This document shows, in pieces, positions 19,104 to 30,468 of a stretch of 64,000 nt of DNA. Source of the stretch: Wickerhamiella versatilis (Eukaryota); NCBI GenBank assembly GCA_030867685.1, contig JAQOWU010000008.1, positions 2,852,001-2,916,000 of the forward strand, written 5' to 3'. The position numbers and the translations under genes are program-made. The stretch's first letter is position 1, and each line of letters opens with the position of its first letter. The notes beneath the pieces were generated by a model that was given only the letters and a program-made list of their open reading frames with translations, did no database searches and was not told the origin of the DNA.

Positions 19104-20405
19104 ATGTCCGCTGCAAGTATCGTGGTGGTTCTTTTGGTGCCGTTATGCATTGTGCTAGCGATTATGGACAGGAATATGGGCCGGGTACGTGTCGATACGG
19201 GACCTGTAGTTCAGCGGGTAGCTAAGGACCTTCACTCAACTCGTGAAGGATATAATAAAGTCGAGCGAATATACGTTATTGCGGGAGGTAGCGGTTTCAT
19301 AGGTGCTTGGCTGGTAAGATACTTGTTATTGCGTGAAGAAAAGTCTATCTATATCTTAGATCGAATTCGCCCTCCCAGTGATATTTTGCGTCATGGTGCT
19401 ACGTTCATAGACGTTGAACTTACAAACGGTCCTGCAGTTGAAAGCAACCTGGCAAAGATTGCATTAAAATGCGACGAAGCAACCCGCGTAATTGTCTACA
19501 ACTGCTCAGTTTCTCGGTCTTATTGGTCTGTGGGACCTCTGAAAAATCTCCAAGCTGCTGAGACTTTGTGTGTGAACTTAGGAAACCTTATGCCACCACG
19601 TCGTGTGGTTCTGATTCATATTGGTGATGCTATGGCATACAGAAAGCCAGTGCAGTGGTATAAATGGTGGAAGAGACAGGGATGGTTTCAACAAACTCCT
19701 GACGATACACTTCCGATACTGCCCTTTTCCCTAGGTGATAGACTGCAAGCGTTTAGCTCGTACGCATGGAGCCAAGGAGCGGTAGAGACACTTACCCGCT
19801 CGCTACCCGACATATATGCAGCCACACTCCGTGTGGATGGGTTCGTGAGTGGCCATGCTGATGATAACTGGCTGGGCCCAGCCCTGGAGCATGGCGGAGG
19901 TATACTACACTCCTGGGGAGCTCCAATATCTCTTGTACACGTTGAAGACGTTGTAAGGGCAGCTCTTGCCCTTGAGTTTTCATTGCTTGATCCTGAAACT
20001 AGGGACGATCGACGGGGAACCGTCTTCACAATTGGAAGTAACGAGGTCACCAGTTTAGACCGCATTTATGAATATGTGAGAGAGAAGCAACCCTATTTTC
20101 ATATCATCTCTGTGTCCCCTATTATTGCATATCTCATTGGTTATCTTGTCAGCTTTGTGTCTGTAATTTCAAGATGGAACCCACCACCACAGAAGGAAAA
20201 AGGACAGAGCATATTAAGGGGCTCACCTTACACTCTCACATTAGCACGATTTTCTACATTACAGATAGGCCAGCTCCCGAATCATATCAACACACAACGC
20301 CTCATGGAAGAACTCAATTTTCAGCCGAACTTCACGCTCTCGCAAACCTTAGATGGTGTGATCTATGAAACGGTTAAGAAATTAGAACAAATCAGCGTGC
20401 ACTAG
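19104..20405 (+). CDS. membrane-anchored extended SDR / 3-beta-hydroxysteroid-dehydrogenase-like protein
   Basis: N-terminal TM helix, IAGGSGFIG Rossmann motif, VHVEDV. Confidence 0.7.
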   Translation: MSAASIVVVLLVPLCIVLAIMDRNMGRVRVDTGPVVQRVAKDLHSTREGYNKVERIYVIAGGSGFIGAWLVRYLLLREEKSIYILDRIRPPSDILRHGATFIDVELTNGPAVESNLAKIALKCDEATRVIVYNCSVSRSYWSVGPLKNLQAAETLCVNLGNLMPPRRVVLIHIGDAMAYRKPVQWYKWWKRQGWFQQTPDDTLPILPFSLGDRLQAFSSYAWSQGAVETLTRSLPDIYAATLRVDGFVSGHADDNWLGPALEHGGGILHSWGAPISLVHVEDVVRAALALEFSLLDPETRDDRRGTVFTIGSNEVTSLDRIYEYVREKQPYFHIISVSPIIAYLIGYLVSFVSVISRWNPPPQKEKGQSILRGSPYTLTLARFSTLQIGQLPNHINTQRLMEELNFQPNFTLSQTLDGVIYETVKKLEQISVH

Positions 20406-20548
20406 CATTATTCGAGAGGAATAAGAACTTGATTCCCCGAAATTGTAATTATATAGACTTACCTTGATACATGCTTAGTGGCCCCTGTCCACTATTTAAT
20501 TTGTAGGAGGGTTTTATATGGTATTTAATCTAATTAAAGGCTTCATCC

Positions 20549-21184
20549 TCATTTCCCTGATCTACCGGCAATATCTTGCCAATATGGGGCCATCCATCGA
20601 AGCGTATCCGGAGGGCCCAGTATATCATCAAGCTCGTCCATTAGCAATTTCAGGTATACAGCATAGCCCTCGCGGGAAAAGTGTAACCCGTCTTGTAGCA
20701 GCTCACTGCGGCCACCGAATGCAGTGCGTAAATTAATGAACCGAGCATTGAGGTCTTTTGAAACCTCAAAAGCTGCAGCGACGTAAGATTCAAGATCCGA
20801 ATCTTTCCTTAACTTTTCCCTGTCATCAAAAAAAGCGGGGCTCACAACGATCACTGGACCACGTGTTGCTGCTCGAGACACCAACCAATGGAGATTGTCG
20901 CGATAAGATGACAATGGAACGTGTTGAGCTTTTGCAGGCATTGGAGCATCTGATGGTACTGCATCATTAGCCCCAAAGAATATGACAGTGGCAGCAGTAT
21001 CGGTGAATGTGGTTAGTCCTTGACTCTCTAGATCTCGTGCCCAAGAAGTGTTGTATCCTGAAAACCCACGTACAACCACATCAATGCGCCCTACGTATCT
21101 CTTGATAAGTTGATGTACACCTTCAGGTACCTCAGTCGAGTATTGAGTGATAGAGTCACCGAAAACGACTATTGCTGGTACCAT
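20549..21184 (-). CDS. IAH1: SGNH/GDSL esterase, Iah1-like
   Basis: FGDSITQ, RGFSGYNT, FFGANDA, DGLHFS. Confidence 0.88.
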   Translation of the reverse strand: MVPAIVVFGDSITQYSTEVPEGVHQLIKRYVGRIDVVVRGFSGYNTSWARDLESQGLTTFTDTAATVIFFGANDAVPSDAPMPAKAQHVPLSSYRDNLHWLVSRAATRGPVIVVSPAFFDDREKLRKDSDLESYVAAAFEVSKDLNARFINLRTAFGGRSELLQDGLHFSREGYAVYLKLLMDELDDILGPPDTLRWMAPYWQDIAGRSGK

Positions 21185-21525
21185 TGTCAACAAGTGCCTT
21201 CTGATGCTGTGCTTAGTATTAGTGAACTAAGGCGATAGACCTGAATGGCAGCTGCCCCAAATCTTTCTTTCACATAACATGACGTTGGACTATTTATTTA
21301 TTTTTATTTTTTTGGATTTAGTGACTATTGGAGTTTTACACATCAACTAAAAAGTGGTCTCCTAGTACTCCCAGAGTTTCTCTATAGGCTAACCAAAATA
21401 ATGTGGTTCTATAAAATGTTCCAAAAATACTAATATACAATGGAAAGGACCCATACAAATTTTAACTGCACATTTGATATTTGAAGTTAACGAGGGCAAG
21501 GGTTTTAACTTTTCCAAAATCAAAA

Positions 21526-23088
21526 ATGTCGCACTTGGGGCCTAAGCCAGGCACCCAGAAGCGTAAAAACAGGTTAAATAAAAGTGGTCTTGGACGATCA
21601 CTTGTAAATCAAAAGTCTCAAGGTAAACAGAACTTGCCTACGAGCAATTTGTTCACCACGGATGTGTCGTCGGATAAGCTTCGCAGTGTAACACAGGAGA
21701 GACCACTTGATGAGTTCCTTTCTACCGCAGAACTAGCAGATAGAGACTTTACAGCGGAAAAGGCCTCTAACGTAAAAATTGTACAAGCGGGAGGAAAACA
21801 TCTCTCCAACGCCACAGTCGATCGGAACGCATTGGCACAGAAGCATTATGAGAACGCTGGAAAGCTTACAGTGCCAAGAAGACCGCATTGGAGTCGTGAC
21901 ATGACACCGGAGGAACTCGATAGGCTTGAAAGAGAGTCATTCCTGAACTGGCGACGATCTCTCGCTCAGTTGCAGGATAATGAAGATCTTCTTTTAACCC
22001 CATTTGAGAGGAACATTGAGGTATGGAGGCAGCTTTGGCGTGTGATAGAGCGTGCGGATCTTGTTATACAGATAGTTGATGCTCGTAATCCGTTGCTTTA
22101 TCGGTCAGTTGATCTCGATGCCTACGTCCGTGAAGTTGACCCTAATAAAACCACGTTGCTCCTGATAAACAAAGCTGACATGCTTTCTCCAAAACAGCGC
22201 CTTGAGTGGCAGCATTATTTTGAGTCCAATCATATTGATTTTGCATTTTTCTCTGCGAAGACATCTCTTGCTGGAGAAAGTTTGAATGACGTCCTAAGCG
22301 TTGACCAACTAGAATCTTTATTCTTGAGCAACAGTCATAAGAAATCTGGTAAGCTTCAGGTTGGGCTTGTTGGATACCCCAATGTTGGTAAGTCCAGCAC
22401 GATTAATGCGCTTATCGGTGCGAAAAAGGTGAGTGTCTCCTCAACACCAGGAAAAACCAAGCATTTTCAGACCATTGAACTTACACCTGATGTTACTCTA
22501 TGTGACTGCCCAGGTCTTGTATTCCCAAACTTTGCGCAAACCAAAGCGGATCTGGTCTGTAACGGTGTTCTCCCAATTGACCAACTACGAGAGCATTTTG
22601 AGCCAGTATCCGTGGTATGCGAGCACATTCCTTCCTACTTTATTGAAGCCCTTTATGGCATCAAGCTTGCGAATTCATCTCCAGAAAATTTGCTGAGCCA
22701 GTATGCTCGTCAACGGAACTTCATGACGTCAGGAGGGGGCGGTACGCCAGATACATCAAGGGCAGCACGTGCTATTTTGAAAGACTATGTCGATGGAAAA
22801 CTATTGTATTGCGAACCACCACCTGGACATAACGGGGCTGACTTTAACAAAGACAAGTATGGTTTGGACGCTCTTCCCGAATCTAGAAGGGAGAAGTATG
22901 CTGGGCATCAGAACTTGCCCGATGCAGTTTCGAAATTGAAGGTATCAGAACGGGTGAAAGAAGATGACATCGATGCCGACTTTTTTGGAGATGGTAATTC
23001 TCTTGGTCATGCTTCAAAACCATTCCATCAACGGAATATTGCCCAGAATGGAAAAAAGCATTTCAAGGGACGAAAGACGCGACGCTAA
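21526..23088 (+). CDS. LSG1: 60S export GTPase Lsg1
   Basis: TPFERNIEVWRQLWRVIER, VGYPNVGKSS, DCPGLVFP. First ATG is at 21526. Confidence 0.95.
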   Translation: MSHLGPKPGTQKRKNRLNKSGLGRSLVNQKSQGKQNLPTSNLFTTDVSSDKLRSVTQERPLDEFLSTAELADRDFTAEKASNVKIVQAGGKHLSNATVDRNALAQKHYENAGKLTVPRRPHWSRDMTPEELDRLERESFLNWRRSLAQLQDNEDLLLTPFERNIEVWRQLWRVIERADLVIQIVDARNPLLYRSVDLDAYVREVDPNKTTLLLINKADMLSPKQRLEWQHYFESNHIDFAFFSAKTSLAGESLNDVLSVDQLESLFLSNSHKKSGKLQVGLVGYPNVGKSSTINALIGAKKVSVSSTPGKTKHFQTIELTPDVTLCDCPGLVFPNFAQTKADLVCNGVLPIDQLREHFEPVSVVCEHIPSYFIEALYGIKLANSSPENLLSQYARQRNFMTSGGGGTPDTSRAARAILKDYVDGKLLYCEPPPGHNGADFNKDKYGLDALPESRREKYAGHQNLPDAVSKLKVSERVKEDDIDADFFGDGNSLGHASKPFHQRNIAQNGKKHFKGRKTRR

Positions 23089-23122
23089 ATCAGTCCACTA
23101 AACAGAAATAACACTATTCAGC

Positions 23123-23623
23123 TTAATTTTTTATTGGCATTTGGCATGCTGTTTCTTTTCTAAAAGAAGTCACGAGAGGAATTGCTGCAATTGTCAAATA
23201 TAGAATCAGTTTTGGTGAAGCAAATACGAATGCAGAGTTAGTGATTTTGCGAAGATTATCTGCGGAACTTTGAAGAGATGACTGCGCTGAGCTCAATGCT
23301 GAGCGTTCACTGCTGACCGCCATAGACAATGATTTTCTTAGAGATGTGGCATTAGATGCAGCTTGCGATTGCAGACTTGAGTTAGCAGTGGCGGCAACTG
23401 AGACCAAACTCTGAAAAATGGGACTAGCTACTGAGTAGTCCGAGGATAAAACCGAATTAAACGAAGATAAGTAACTATGATCCCCCTCTTCAGTAGTTTT
23501 AGGAACAGACCCAAAAATGGTTTGAGCTGTCATGTCGCCATATACTCCTGGAGTAGGAGTGGCAGTAGTAAGTGTACTTGTAGCTCCAATGTCTCCCTGT
23601 GTCCCTACTACCTGAAAATTCAT
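23123..23623 (-). CDS. Ser/Thr/Ala-rich putative cell-surface protein (5' end uncertain)
   Basis: Low-complexity S/T/A composition with a hydrophobic C-terminal segment; no clear signal peptide. Confidence 0.5.
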   Translation of the reverse strand: MNFQVVGTQGDIGATSTLTTATPTPGVYGDMTAQTIFGSVPKTTEEGDHSYLSSFNSVLSSDYSVASPIFQSLVSVAATANSSLQSQAASNATSLRKSLSMAVSSERSALSSAQSSLQSSADNLRKITNSAFVFASPKLILYLTIAAIPLVTSFRKETACQMPIKN

Positions 23624-24165
23624 TTTATGGTGTCAATAGTGAATGTTCTTCGACCAAACTTTATTGAGTATGTCCAACCCTTGCTTAAGGCGGCTTTAAA
23701 TTTTGTTCAAATAACCTAATAAGTTTCAATTCCCAACCCAACGGTACACCTCTTATAGCGTATGAAAAGAATTACATATTTATGCTTTCTCTTGTATTTA
23801 GCTGGAACTGAAGTCTAGTAGTACTTTATTTTTGGTTATATATGAGTGGTGGGGAAATGAAATGCTGCACGCGATTATAACATCAAAGTGGAAATATAAT
23901 TAATTTCAGCTCATTTGAGGCTATCATATTTGGACATAAATTGTGGCAAGGTCTAGTTAAAGTAAACGAACCTTAGTTAAGAAACCTATATGACTTTTTC
24001 CATGCGACAGGAATTTTAGGACTTAATAACTTAGCGAGATTAAATGATTTATCGTAGATACCGAGTTTCATTTGGTTGTGTCTTATTGATTCGAATTAGA
24101 ATTAACTTTTTGCAAAGATCAGGTTCGCGAACTATTGCTGACTTAGGCTCTCCCAGAGTGATCGC

Positions 24166-24768
24166 ATGGGCTACCCTGCTCTTGAGGCCCAAGCTCAGGC
24201 GATTTTTCATGACTGCAGGCTCCTACCCCAGTCAGTAATTGAATTAAGGCTCCAGAAGGTGCGGCAAAATGTCAATAATCTCATTAGCGGGTTAACAAGT
24301 GAAGAACGTCTTCGTATAGAAGATTGTCTGCTTTCTGCAGAATTTCATACGTGGAAGGCTCACAGAAAGCCACAATCTCCAGTGATCGAGTTACCACAAG
24401 ATGACTTGGTCAAGGAGCTTAATATGCTACCCTCGTCATTAAATGCACAAGAGCCACAGGCAACCAGACTTGAAGTTCACGAGTTACAGCAACAGGAACT
24501 AAGTAGGGATGTTTTGGAAATGGTAGAAGCTATCAAGAAAAATGCTGAGCAGTTCTCTGCCAAGTTAGAATCTGATAATGATGTTTTAACAGCTGCCACC
24601 GAGGCAATCACGCGGACAGCAGGTTCAATGACAGGTGTAGGCACAAGGTTGCAAAAGTACCGTAAAACGAATGCTATTGGATGGTGGTTTTACATATGGA
24701 GTGTTCTATTTATGGTCCTCGCTCTAGTGGGAGGCATGCTAGTTACACAGATTTTCCCCAAGTGGTAG
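24166..24768 (+). CDS. USE1: Use1-like ER SNARE
   Basis: QQQELSRDVLEMVEAIKKNAEQFSAKLESD coiled coil, then a C-terminal TM ending IFPKW. Confidence 0.7.
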   Translation: MGYPALEAQAQAIFHDCRLLPQSVIELRLQKVRQNVNNLISGLTSEERLRIEDCLLSAEFHTWKAHRKPQSPVIELPQDDLVKELNMLPSSLNAQEPQATRLEVHELQQQELSRDVLEMVEAIKKNAEQFSAKLESDNDVLTAATEAITRTAGSMTGVGTRLQKYRKTNAIGWWFYIWSVLFMVLALVGGMLVTQIFPKW

Positions 24769-25016
24769 CCAACTTGGTATTGTGATTTCCAAGATTATAT
24801 ATATCCCTTAAAGAATACGCACATTTGCCTTAGTCCTAGTTTTGCATTATCAAAAACTAATAACTTTTGTTTTCCAAAAGTAACAATTTTATATGTTTTA
24901 TCGATTTAGCTACATATCTAGATACTGACTTTGCTATTGATTTATCTAGAAAATTAATTTGCATCCAAATTCCGATCCACAGAGGTCATACATATCATAA
25001 TTTAGAAACCTCTGCA

Positions 25017-26717
25017 TTAACCACTCTCATGCGCATTTTCATGTTCATCTTGCAATGGACTCGACTCGTCGTCATCAAACCCTTTTTCGGTTGAATCATG
25101 CTCAGACTTTATATCTTCTTCATTTGGGACATGAGTTTCATCTGAATCAGTCTCATTTTCTGAAGACTCATCCTGCTCCTCCTCCTCTCTTTTCTGTAGC
25201 GCAAGTTGACAAAGAGCTCGCGACTCGGTGAGTCGAGCATTGCAACTCTGAACAAGGAATACGGCAACTTGTTGTGATTCTCGAAGTGCAACGTTTGCTA
25301 TTTCCATATTGATATCATAGTATTGCGCCTCCTCACGAACTTTGCTAACCTTCTTTTTCAGTCCATGGTAATTGCGCCATCGGTCCCATTCATTGTCCGT
25401 CGCGGACGCTGCCTCACGACCCGCTTCCGAAAGAATGATATCAAAATAGTCATCTAATGCCTCCAGAGTTACCTCTCGCAAAGATTGGACGGCTGCTATA
25501 GCGGCATCAGCGAGGCTCTGTGCTAGTTGACGCACCACAAGTGCATGCTCAGCCAAGTCGTTACTCCACTCCAAGAATTGGGGGTAAACAACATCAGGCG
25601 AAATATCTGCGCCATTCTCTAATTCTTTAGCTAAATCCGCACTCAGAATGATATATTCATCACCAAGCTGCGTGATCTCGCGCAACGCCTGCTGTATCTC
25701 AGGCCTTGCATCAGTAATTAGCTCCTGCAGAGTTGAATTCACATCGACCTCTAGATTTTGAATTGCCCCAGCAACTGTACGATTTATGCGTCGCATCCAC
25801 TTTTCTTCATCTTTCAAGACCTGAGGGCTTGCACTTTGGGTTGAAGATTCCGACTGGGTGCGGGTCAGTGTTAAGGTGGGCAGTTCTTCAGGATCATCAT
25901 ATTCTGTCGTTTGGGATTCAACCGAACTCACCAGCCCCCCACTACTGAATGATTCAGTTTCAATGGCCGACGTACTTTCTTGCATTACAGTAGCAGTATC
26001 TTCGGCAGTCGTATCTGCCAGATCGCCATTTGTGGTTTCTGCTGCTGTTTCGACTGGCTGCTCCACAACCTCAGATGCTATCGACGTATCGGTATTCTCC
26101 GTATCAAATTTCGAGGGCTGCAACGCGTCGGTGATGTTTGAACCAAGCAAGGACTCTACGTTTTCTATGATAGCTTGTTTCCAGGCTGGCCAGTTCTCCC
26201 TTATTTGGCGTATGATATCTTCACTTTTGATCCAAATAAAATGACCCAGATCTAAACTTTTTTGATGACCATATATCCAAGTCTTTCTGGCATATTCACG
26301 CACTCTGGGCGATTCTCTTTTGATATGCTCAGATAAGATATGTGAAGCTTTTATCGCACTGATTTTGGCTTGTTTAGCTTGCTTTTCTACAACGGGACTC
26401 AGCTTTTCATAAGTTGAAGTCGCGTAGAAGCTCGCCCGATCGACGTGAGGTCCTGCCCATTCGACGAACGGATCCCAATACGGACTCGCTTTCTCATGTA
26501 CTTCGGCGCGAAGTGTCTCCACCTGTGGACTATTCATCGCTTTCTCAAAGAGTTGCGATGATTGTGACGTCAAATAGTTGACTGTGTTACAGGCCGCAGT
26601 ATCATTTGTCGCACACCATCTAGTACCACCGAATGCAGCAATAAAAATGAGGAAAATTACAAGAAGAAAAGATTTCTTCGTCCTACGTTGAGGGCGTTCT
26701 CGCCATGGTGGGGCCAT
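25017..26717 (-). CDS. She10/Osw7-like protein (N-terminal anchor, acidic helical body)
   Basis: N-terminal TM helix, acidic S/T linker, WDRWRNYHGLKK motif reminiscent of the She10 family. Confidence 0.5.
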   Translation of the reverse strand: MAPPWRERPQRRTKKSFLLVIFLIFIAAFGGTRWCATNDTAACNTVNYLTSQSSQLFEKAMNSPQVETLRAEVHEKASPYWDPFVEWAGPHVDRASFYATSTYEKLSPVVEKQAKQAKISAIKASHILSEHIKRESPRVREYARKTWIYGHQKSLDLGHFIWIKSEDIIRQIRENWPAWKQAIIENVESLLGSNITDALQPSKFDTENTDTSIASEVVEQPVETAAETTNGDLADTTAEDTATVMQESTSAIETESFSSGGLVSSVESQTTEYDDPEELPTLTLTRTQSESSTQSASPQVLKDEEKWMRRINRTVAGAIQNLEVDVNSTLQELITDARPEIQQALREITQLGDEYIILSADLAKELENGADISPDVVYPQFLEWSNDLAEHALVVRQLAQSLADAAIAAVQSLREVTLEALDDYFDIILSEAGREAASATDNEWDRWRNYHGLKKKVSKVREEAQYYDINMEIANVALRESQQVAVFLVQSCNARLTESRALCQLALQKREEEEQDESSENETDSDETHVPNEEDIKSEHDSTEKGFDDDESSPLQDEHENAHESG

Positions 26718-26794
26718 CGCTGTGTTTCTCTACCGACGGAATCTATATGATGTAACTGCTTATATAAAATTTTTTAACAACACGTATTGAAAGA

Positions 26795-28144
26795 ATGTCT
26801 GCCCCGGCCCATAACTACAAAGTTGCCGATATTTCTCTTGCGGCTTTCGGCCGTAAGGAAATTGAACTTTCAGAGAATGAGATGCCTGGTCTCATGCAGA
26901 CTCGTAAGAAGTATGCTGCTGTCCAGCCTTTGAAGGGCGCCCGGATCGCTGGTTGTCTTCATATGACTATTCAGACCGCTGTACTCATTGAGACGCTCGT
27001 AGCTCTGGGTGCTGAGGTCACATGGTCATCGTGCAACATTTTTTCAACCCAGGACCATGCCGCTGCCGCGATTGCAGCAGCGGGTGTTCCCGTCTTCGCC
27101 TGGAAGGGTGAGACTGATGAAGAGTACATTTGGTGCATCGAGCAGCAGCTAAAGTCATTCAAGGACGGTAAGAACTTGAATCTGATTCTTGATGATGGTG
27201 GAGACTTGACCTCCATCGTCCACGAGAAATTCCCTGAACTCCTCAAGGACTGCTACGGTCTAAGTGAAGAGACAACGACTGGTGTCCACCATCTCTACAA
27301 GATGATGAACGATGGTTCATTGAAGGTTCCTGCTATCAATGTTAATGACAGTGTAACCAAGTCGAAGTTCGACAATCTTTACGGTTGCCGTGAGTCTTTG
27401 GTCGACGGTATCAAACGAGCTACTGATGTCATGATTGCCGGAAAAACTGCCGTTGTTGCTGGATACGGTGATGTTGGCAAGGGCTGTGCCATGGCCCTAC
27501 ACAGTATGGGGGCTCGCGTCCTAGTTACCGAGGTTGACCCTATCAACGCTCTGCAGGCAGCTGTTTCTGGGTTCCAGGTAGTCACCATGGAGGAAGCAGC
27601 TCCTGTTGGTCAGATTTTCGTTACCACTACTGGCTGCCGTGATATTATCACGCCAAAGCATTTTGAACAGATGCCAAACGATGCAATTGTTTGCAACATT
27701 GGCCACTTCGACATTGAGATTGACGTGGCTGGTCTCAAGAAGATTGCGACTTCTCATGATGAAATTAAGCCTCAAGTCGACCGCTACTTGCTCCCAAGTG
27801 GCCGTCATGTCATACTTCTTGCTGCTGGCCGTCTGGTTAACCTGGGCTGCGCAACTGGACACCCATCTTTCGTGATGTCATGCTCTTTCACTAACCAAGT
27901 ACTTGCCCAGATTGCATTGTTCAATGCTAACAACAAGGAATTCCGGGACAGGTTTGTTGAATTCGAGCACTCCGGTCCATTCAACGTCGGTGTCCACACT
28001 CTACCAAAGATTTTGGACGAGGAGGTCGCTCGTCTCCATCTTGACCACGTAGGGGTACACCTTTCGAAGCTCACAAGTGTCCAGGCTGACTATCTATCCA
28101 TTAATCCTAACGGGCCTTACAAGTCTGACCTCTACCGTTATTAG
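26795..28144 (+). CDS. SAH1: S-adenosylhomocysteine hydrolase
   Basis: [49 protein letters not shown]. Confidence 0.98.
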   Translation: MSAPAHNYKVADISLAAFGRKEIELSENEMPGLMQTRKKYAAVQPLKGARIAGCLHMTIQTAVLIETLVALGAEVTWSSCNIFSTQDHAAAAIAAAGVPVFAWKGETDEEYIWCIEQQLKSFKDGKNLNLILDDGGDLTSIVHEKFPELLKDCYGLSEETTTGVHHLYKMMNDGSLKVPAINVNDSVTKSKFDNLYGCRESLVDGIKRATDVMIAGKTAVVAGYGDVGKGCAMALHSMGARVLVTEVDPINALQAAVSGFQVVTMEEAAPVGQIFVTTTGCRDIITPKHFEQMPNDAIVCNIGHFDIEIDVAGLKKIATSHDEIKPQVDRYLLPSGRHVILLAAGRLVNLGCATGHPSFVMSCSFTNQVLAQIALFNANNKEFRDRFVEFEHSGPFNVGVHTLPKILDEEVARLHLDHVGVHLSKLTSVQADYLSINPNGPYKSDLYRY

Positions 28145-28345
28145 GTCTGATTATCAGCTGCAATCAATACAGAATGCATTCAACACTAAAAAAGACCCTC
28201 AACTGGTCATATTAAATTAGTATACTTATATGCCCTATGGTAGCAAAATAATTAATGATAAAAACATCTTTCCCAATATATTAATACTCGGAGGACAATT
28301 TTGAACGCTTTCAGATTCTGGTTGTGGCTTACCTACGCAGAGTTG

Positions 28346-29803
28346 ATGGGCGTCATGGCCATACCTGACTATCTCAAGGGCACCGCCTTTGGGGAATTCT
28401 GGGCTGCAGAACCCGTACATTGTGAAGATATCGATGAATTGGATTGTTTGGACTCTCCCACTGACTTTAGCAATGGTAGTGACGATGAGGAATCGAGCGA
28501 TTCCGAGACACCCCATTCGAAACGTCGATTGATGTCCAGACCTCAGAGAAGATTGCTACAGTCACTTCCTGAGGGCTATAGTCCAGCACCCTCAGCGGAT
28601 CTTCCACGAATGCTTGATGCACCCGGACGAATTCGAGTAACGGATAGGACTGCTTCTACAATAGAGCGGAGTGATTTGGCGATGGACCTCAGCGCAGATG
28701 AGGCGCTTGTTCAGTCAAGACAGCCTATTCCGCACTCCTGTGGCGTTTACTACTTCGAAGTAGCCATTAAAAAACTATCACGAGAGAGCGCTCTCAGTAT
28801 TGGGTTATTTGATGGTACTGTGGCTGGCCAGTGGTCCTATAGCAGCGATGATGGGACTGTAGTACCAAGAAGTGGTGCTCCACGATCATATTCATCGCCA
28901 TATGGTCCAGACGATGTGGTAGGATGTGGTATCTCCTTCAGAACATCCACTATTTTCTTTACAAAAAATGGAATCTCTCTCGGTGATGGGCTCTGCGATG
29001 TTCCAACTGATTGGAAGCTTTATCCAGGTGCTGTAATTGTTGGTCTGGGATCAATTGAATTCAACTTCGGAGAGACGCCTTTTCTCTTTGACATTGAAAA
29101 TTTTCTAGCCGCAGAGAAAACATCAGTCCTTACTGCAGCAGCTCGTAACTCTTCTGGTATTCAACCCTCTTTCAACTCCAAATCTGATGAGCTGGTAGCA
29201 TCTTATTTGGCGCATATGGGATACAGAAATACGGCTAGTGTTTTTCGCGATAAATGTGATGTACATGTGCCTGACATTGGGGCCGGCGAAGACTTCGAAC
29301 AGCAAGCAGCAATTGGTCGTCTGATCTTATCTGGAGAAATCAGCGAAGCTATTAATACCCTTAAACAGCTTTTTCCTGCGGCAATTACACCAGTGCTAGA
29401 CTTCAACCTTCGGCTTCATAAATATATGCAATTGGCTCGCCGCCCAGAAAATCTTGAGAAGGCTATACTTCTTGCACAACAGCTATGTGACGAACAGCCC
29501 ACGAATCCAAAGCTCTATGATGCGCTAGCCCTTCTTGGAACTCGAAATCCGGATGACGATCCAAGATTGCAAAAGTTGTATTCTGTTCAACAGCTGCAAC
29601 GTCTATGTGATGAGGTGAATAGTGCAATCCGAATTTCAAAAGGTCTCCCAGCAGCATCCTCTCTTGAACGTCTAGTTCAATTCGCCCTCGATGCAGTACG
29701 AACGCAGGCCCCTACTAGGGGCGAGGCAGCAATATTTAACATTCGCTCTGACTTTCTTAGGCCATGGGAAGAATCCAAACTTGATACTTTGAATTTGGAC
29801 TAG
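28346..29803 (+). CDS. RanBP9/Gid1-like SPRY-LisH-CTLH-CRA protein (GID/CTLH E3 ligase)
   Basis: GVYYFEV..DDVVGCGI..FFTKNG (SPRY), LVASYLAHMGYRNTASVF (LisH), CTLH/CRA helices. Confidence 0.8.
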   Translation: MGVMAIPDYLKGTAFGEFWAAEPVHCEDIDELDCLDSPTDFSNGSDDEESSDSETPHSKRRLMSRPQRRLLQSLPEGYSPAPSADLPRMLDAPGRIRVTDRTASTIERSDLAMDLSADEALVQSRQPIPHSCGVYYFEVAIKKLSRESALSIGLFDGTVAGQWSYSSDDGTVVPRSGAPRSYSSPYGPDDVVGCGISFRTSTIFFTKNGISLGDGLCDVPTDWKLYPGAVIVGLGSIEFNFGETPFLFDIENFLAAEKTSVLTAAARNSSGIQPSFNSKSDELVASYLAHMGYRNTASVFRDKCDVHVPDIGAGEDFEQQAAIGRLILSGEISEAINTLKQLFPAAITPVLDFNLRLHKYMQLARRPENLEKAILLAQQLCDEQPTNPKLYDALALLGTRNPDDDPRLQKLYSVQQLQRLCDEVNSAIRISKGLPAASSLERLVQFALDAVRTQAPTRGEAAIFNIRSDFLRPWEESKLDTLNLD

Positions 29804-29895
29804 CCTGTAAGCAAGCTTCGCTATCAAACGACTCTTGCACGAAGTCAACGCATATGTATCTTTGTTTATTTAACAGTAGTTCTACGCTATTTAAG

Positions 29896-30447
29896 CTATG
29901 TAGCAACAGATTCAACTGCCTTGGAAATTTTACTGGTCATTTCCGGTGACACTACCATAGCACCCATGCGAGTTACCGGTCTGTACATACTGTTACTCTC
30001 AAATGTCCCGGGCAGGATTCCCTTGCCGTATTCAATTTGAACAGTCCCTAGTATATCTTCAACTTCAGGAATACGTCCCGCAGGTGGAGGGGCGCGAAGA
30101 TCGTATATGTGGAAAAATTGAGTTCGATTCTCGACAGCCGCCATAGAGTTAAATATTGGGCACTCATGAATATGACGTGCCAGAGCCTGCGACGCTACAG
30201 GCCAAAAACGTCGATTTTCAACGAATTTCGAAGGATTGCGTAGAACCTCGCGCACCTCGAAAGTATCGGGCGCTGTGGTGAAGCCAGGCTCCATCTCAGC
30301 CTTGTCTGACTTGAGGAACTTGCCCATATCGACAGCCTGAAGTAGTGGAGAAAAGGACACTCTTACAAAGTCCCCAGAATCATGGAAATACAGCGGGCAG
30401 CCTCCCCTCGCAGCCGTGGTAAATGCTCGTCTTACTAGCTGAATCAT
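29896..30447 (-). CDS. uncharacterised fungal protein, probably mitochondrial
   Basis: Presequence-like N-terminus MIQLVRRAFTT; motif HIYDLRAPPPAGRIPEVEDILG. Confidence 0.65.
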   Translation of the reverse strand: MIQLVRRAFTTAARGGCPLYFHDSGDFVRVSFSPLLQAVDMGKFLKSDKAEMEPGFTTAPDTFEVREVLRNPSKFVENRRFWPVASQALARHIHECPIFNSMAAVENRTQFFHIYDLRAPPPAGRIPEVEDILGTVQIEYGKGILPGTFESNSMYRPVTRMGAMVVSPEMTSKISKAVESVAT

Positions 30448-30468
30448 CGAAGTTACTGCGTTCTGGCG

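Noticed and set aside
20455-20515. U1 snRNA-like ACTTACCTT with downstream AATTTGT
   Set aside because: Only ~45 nt between the motifs and no U1 stem-loops.
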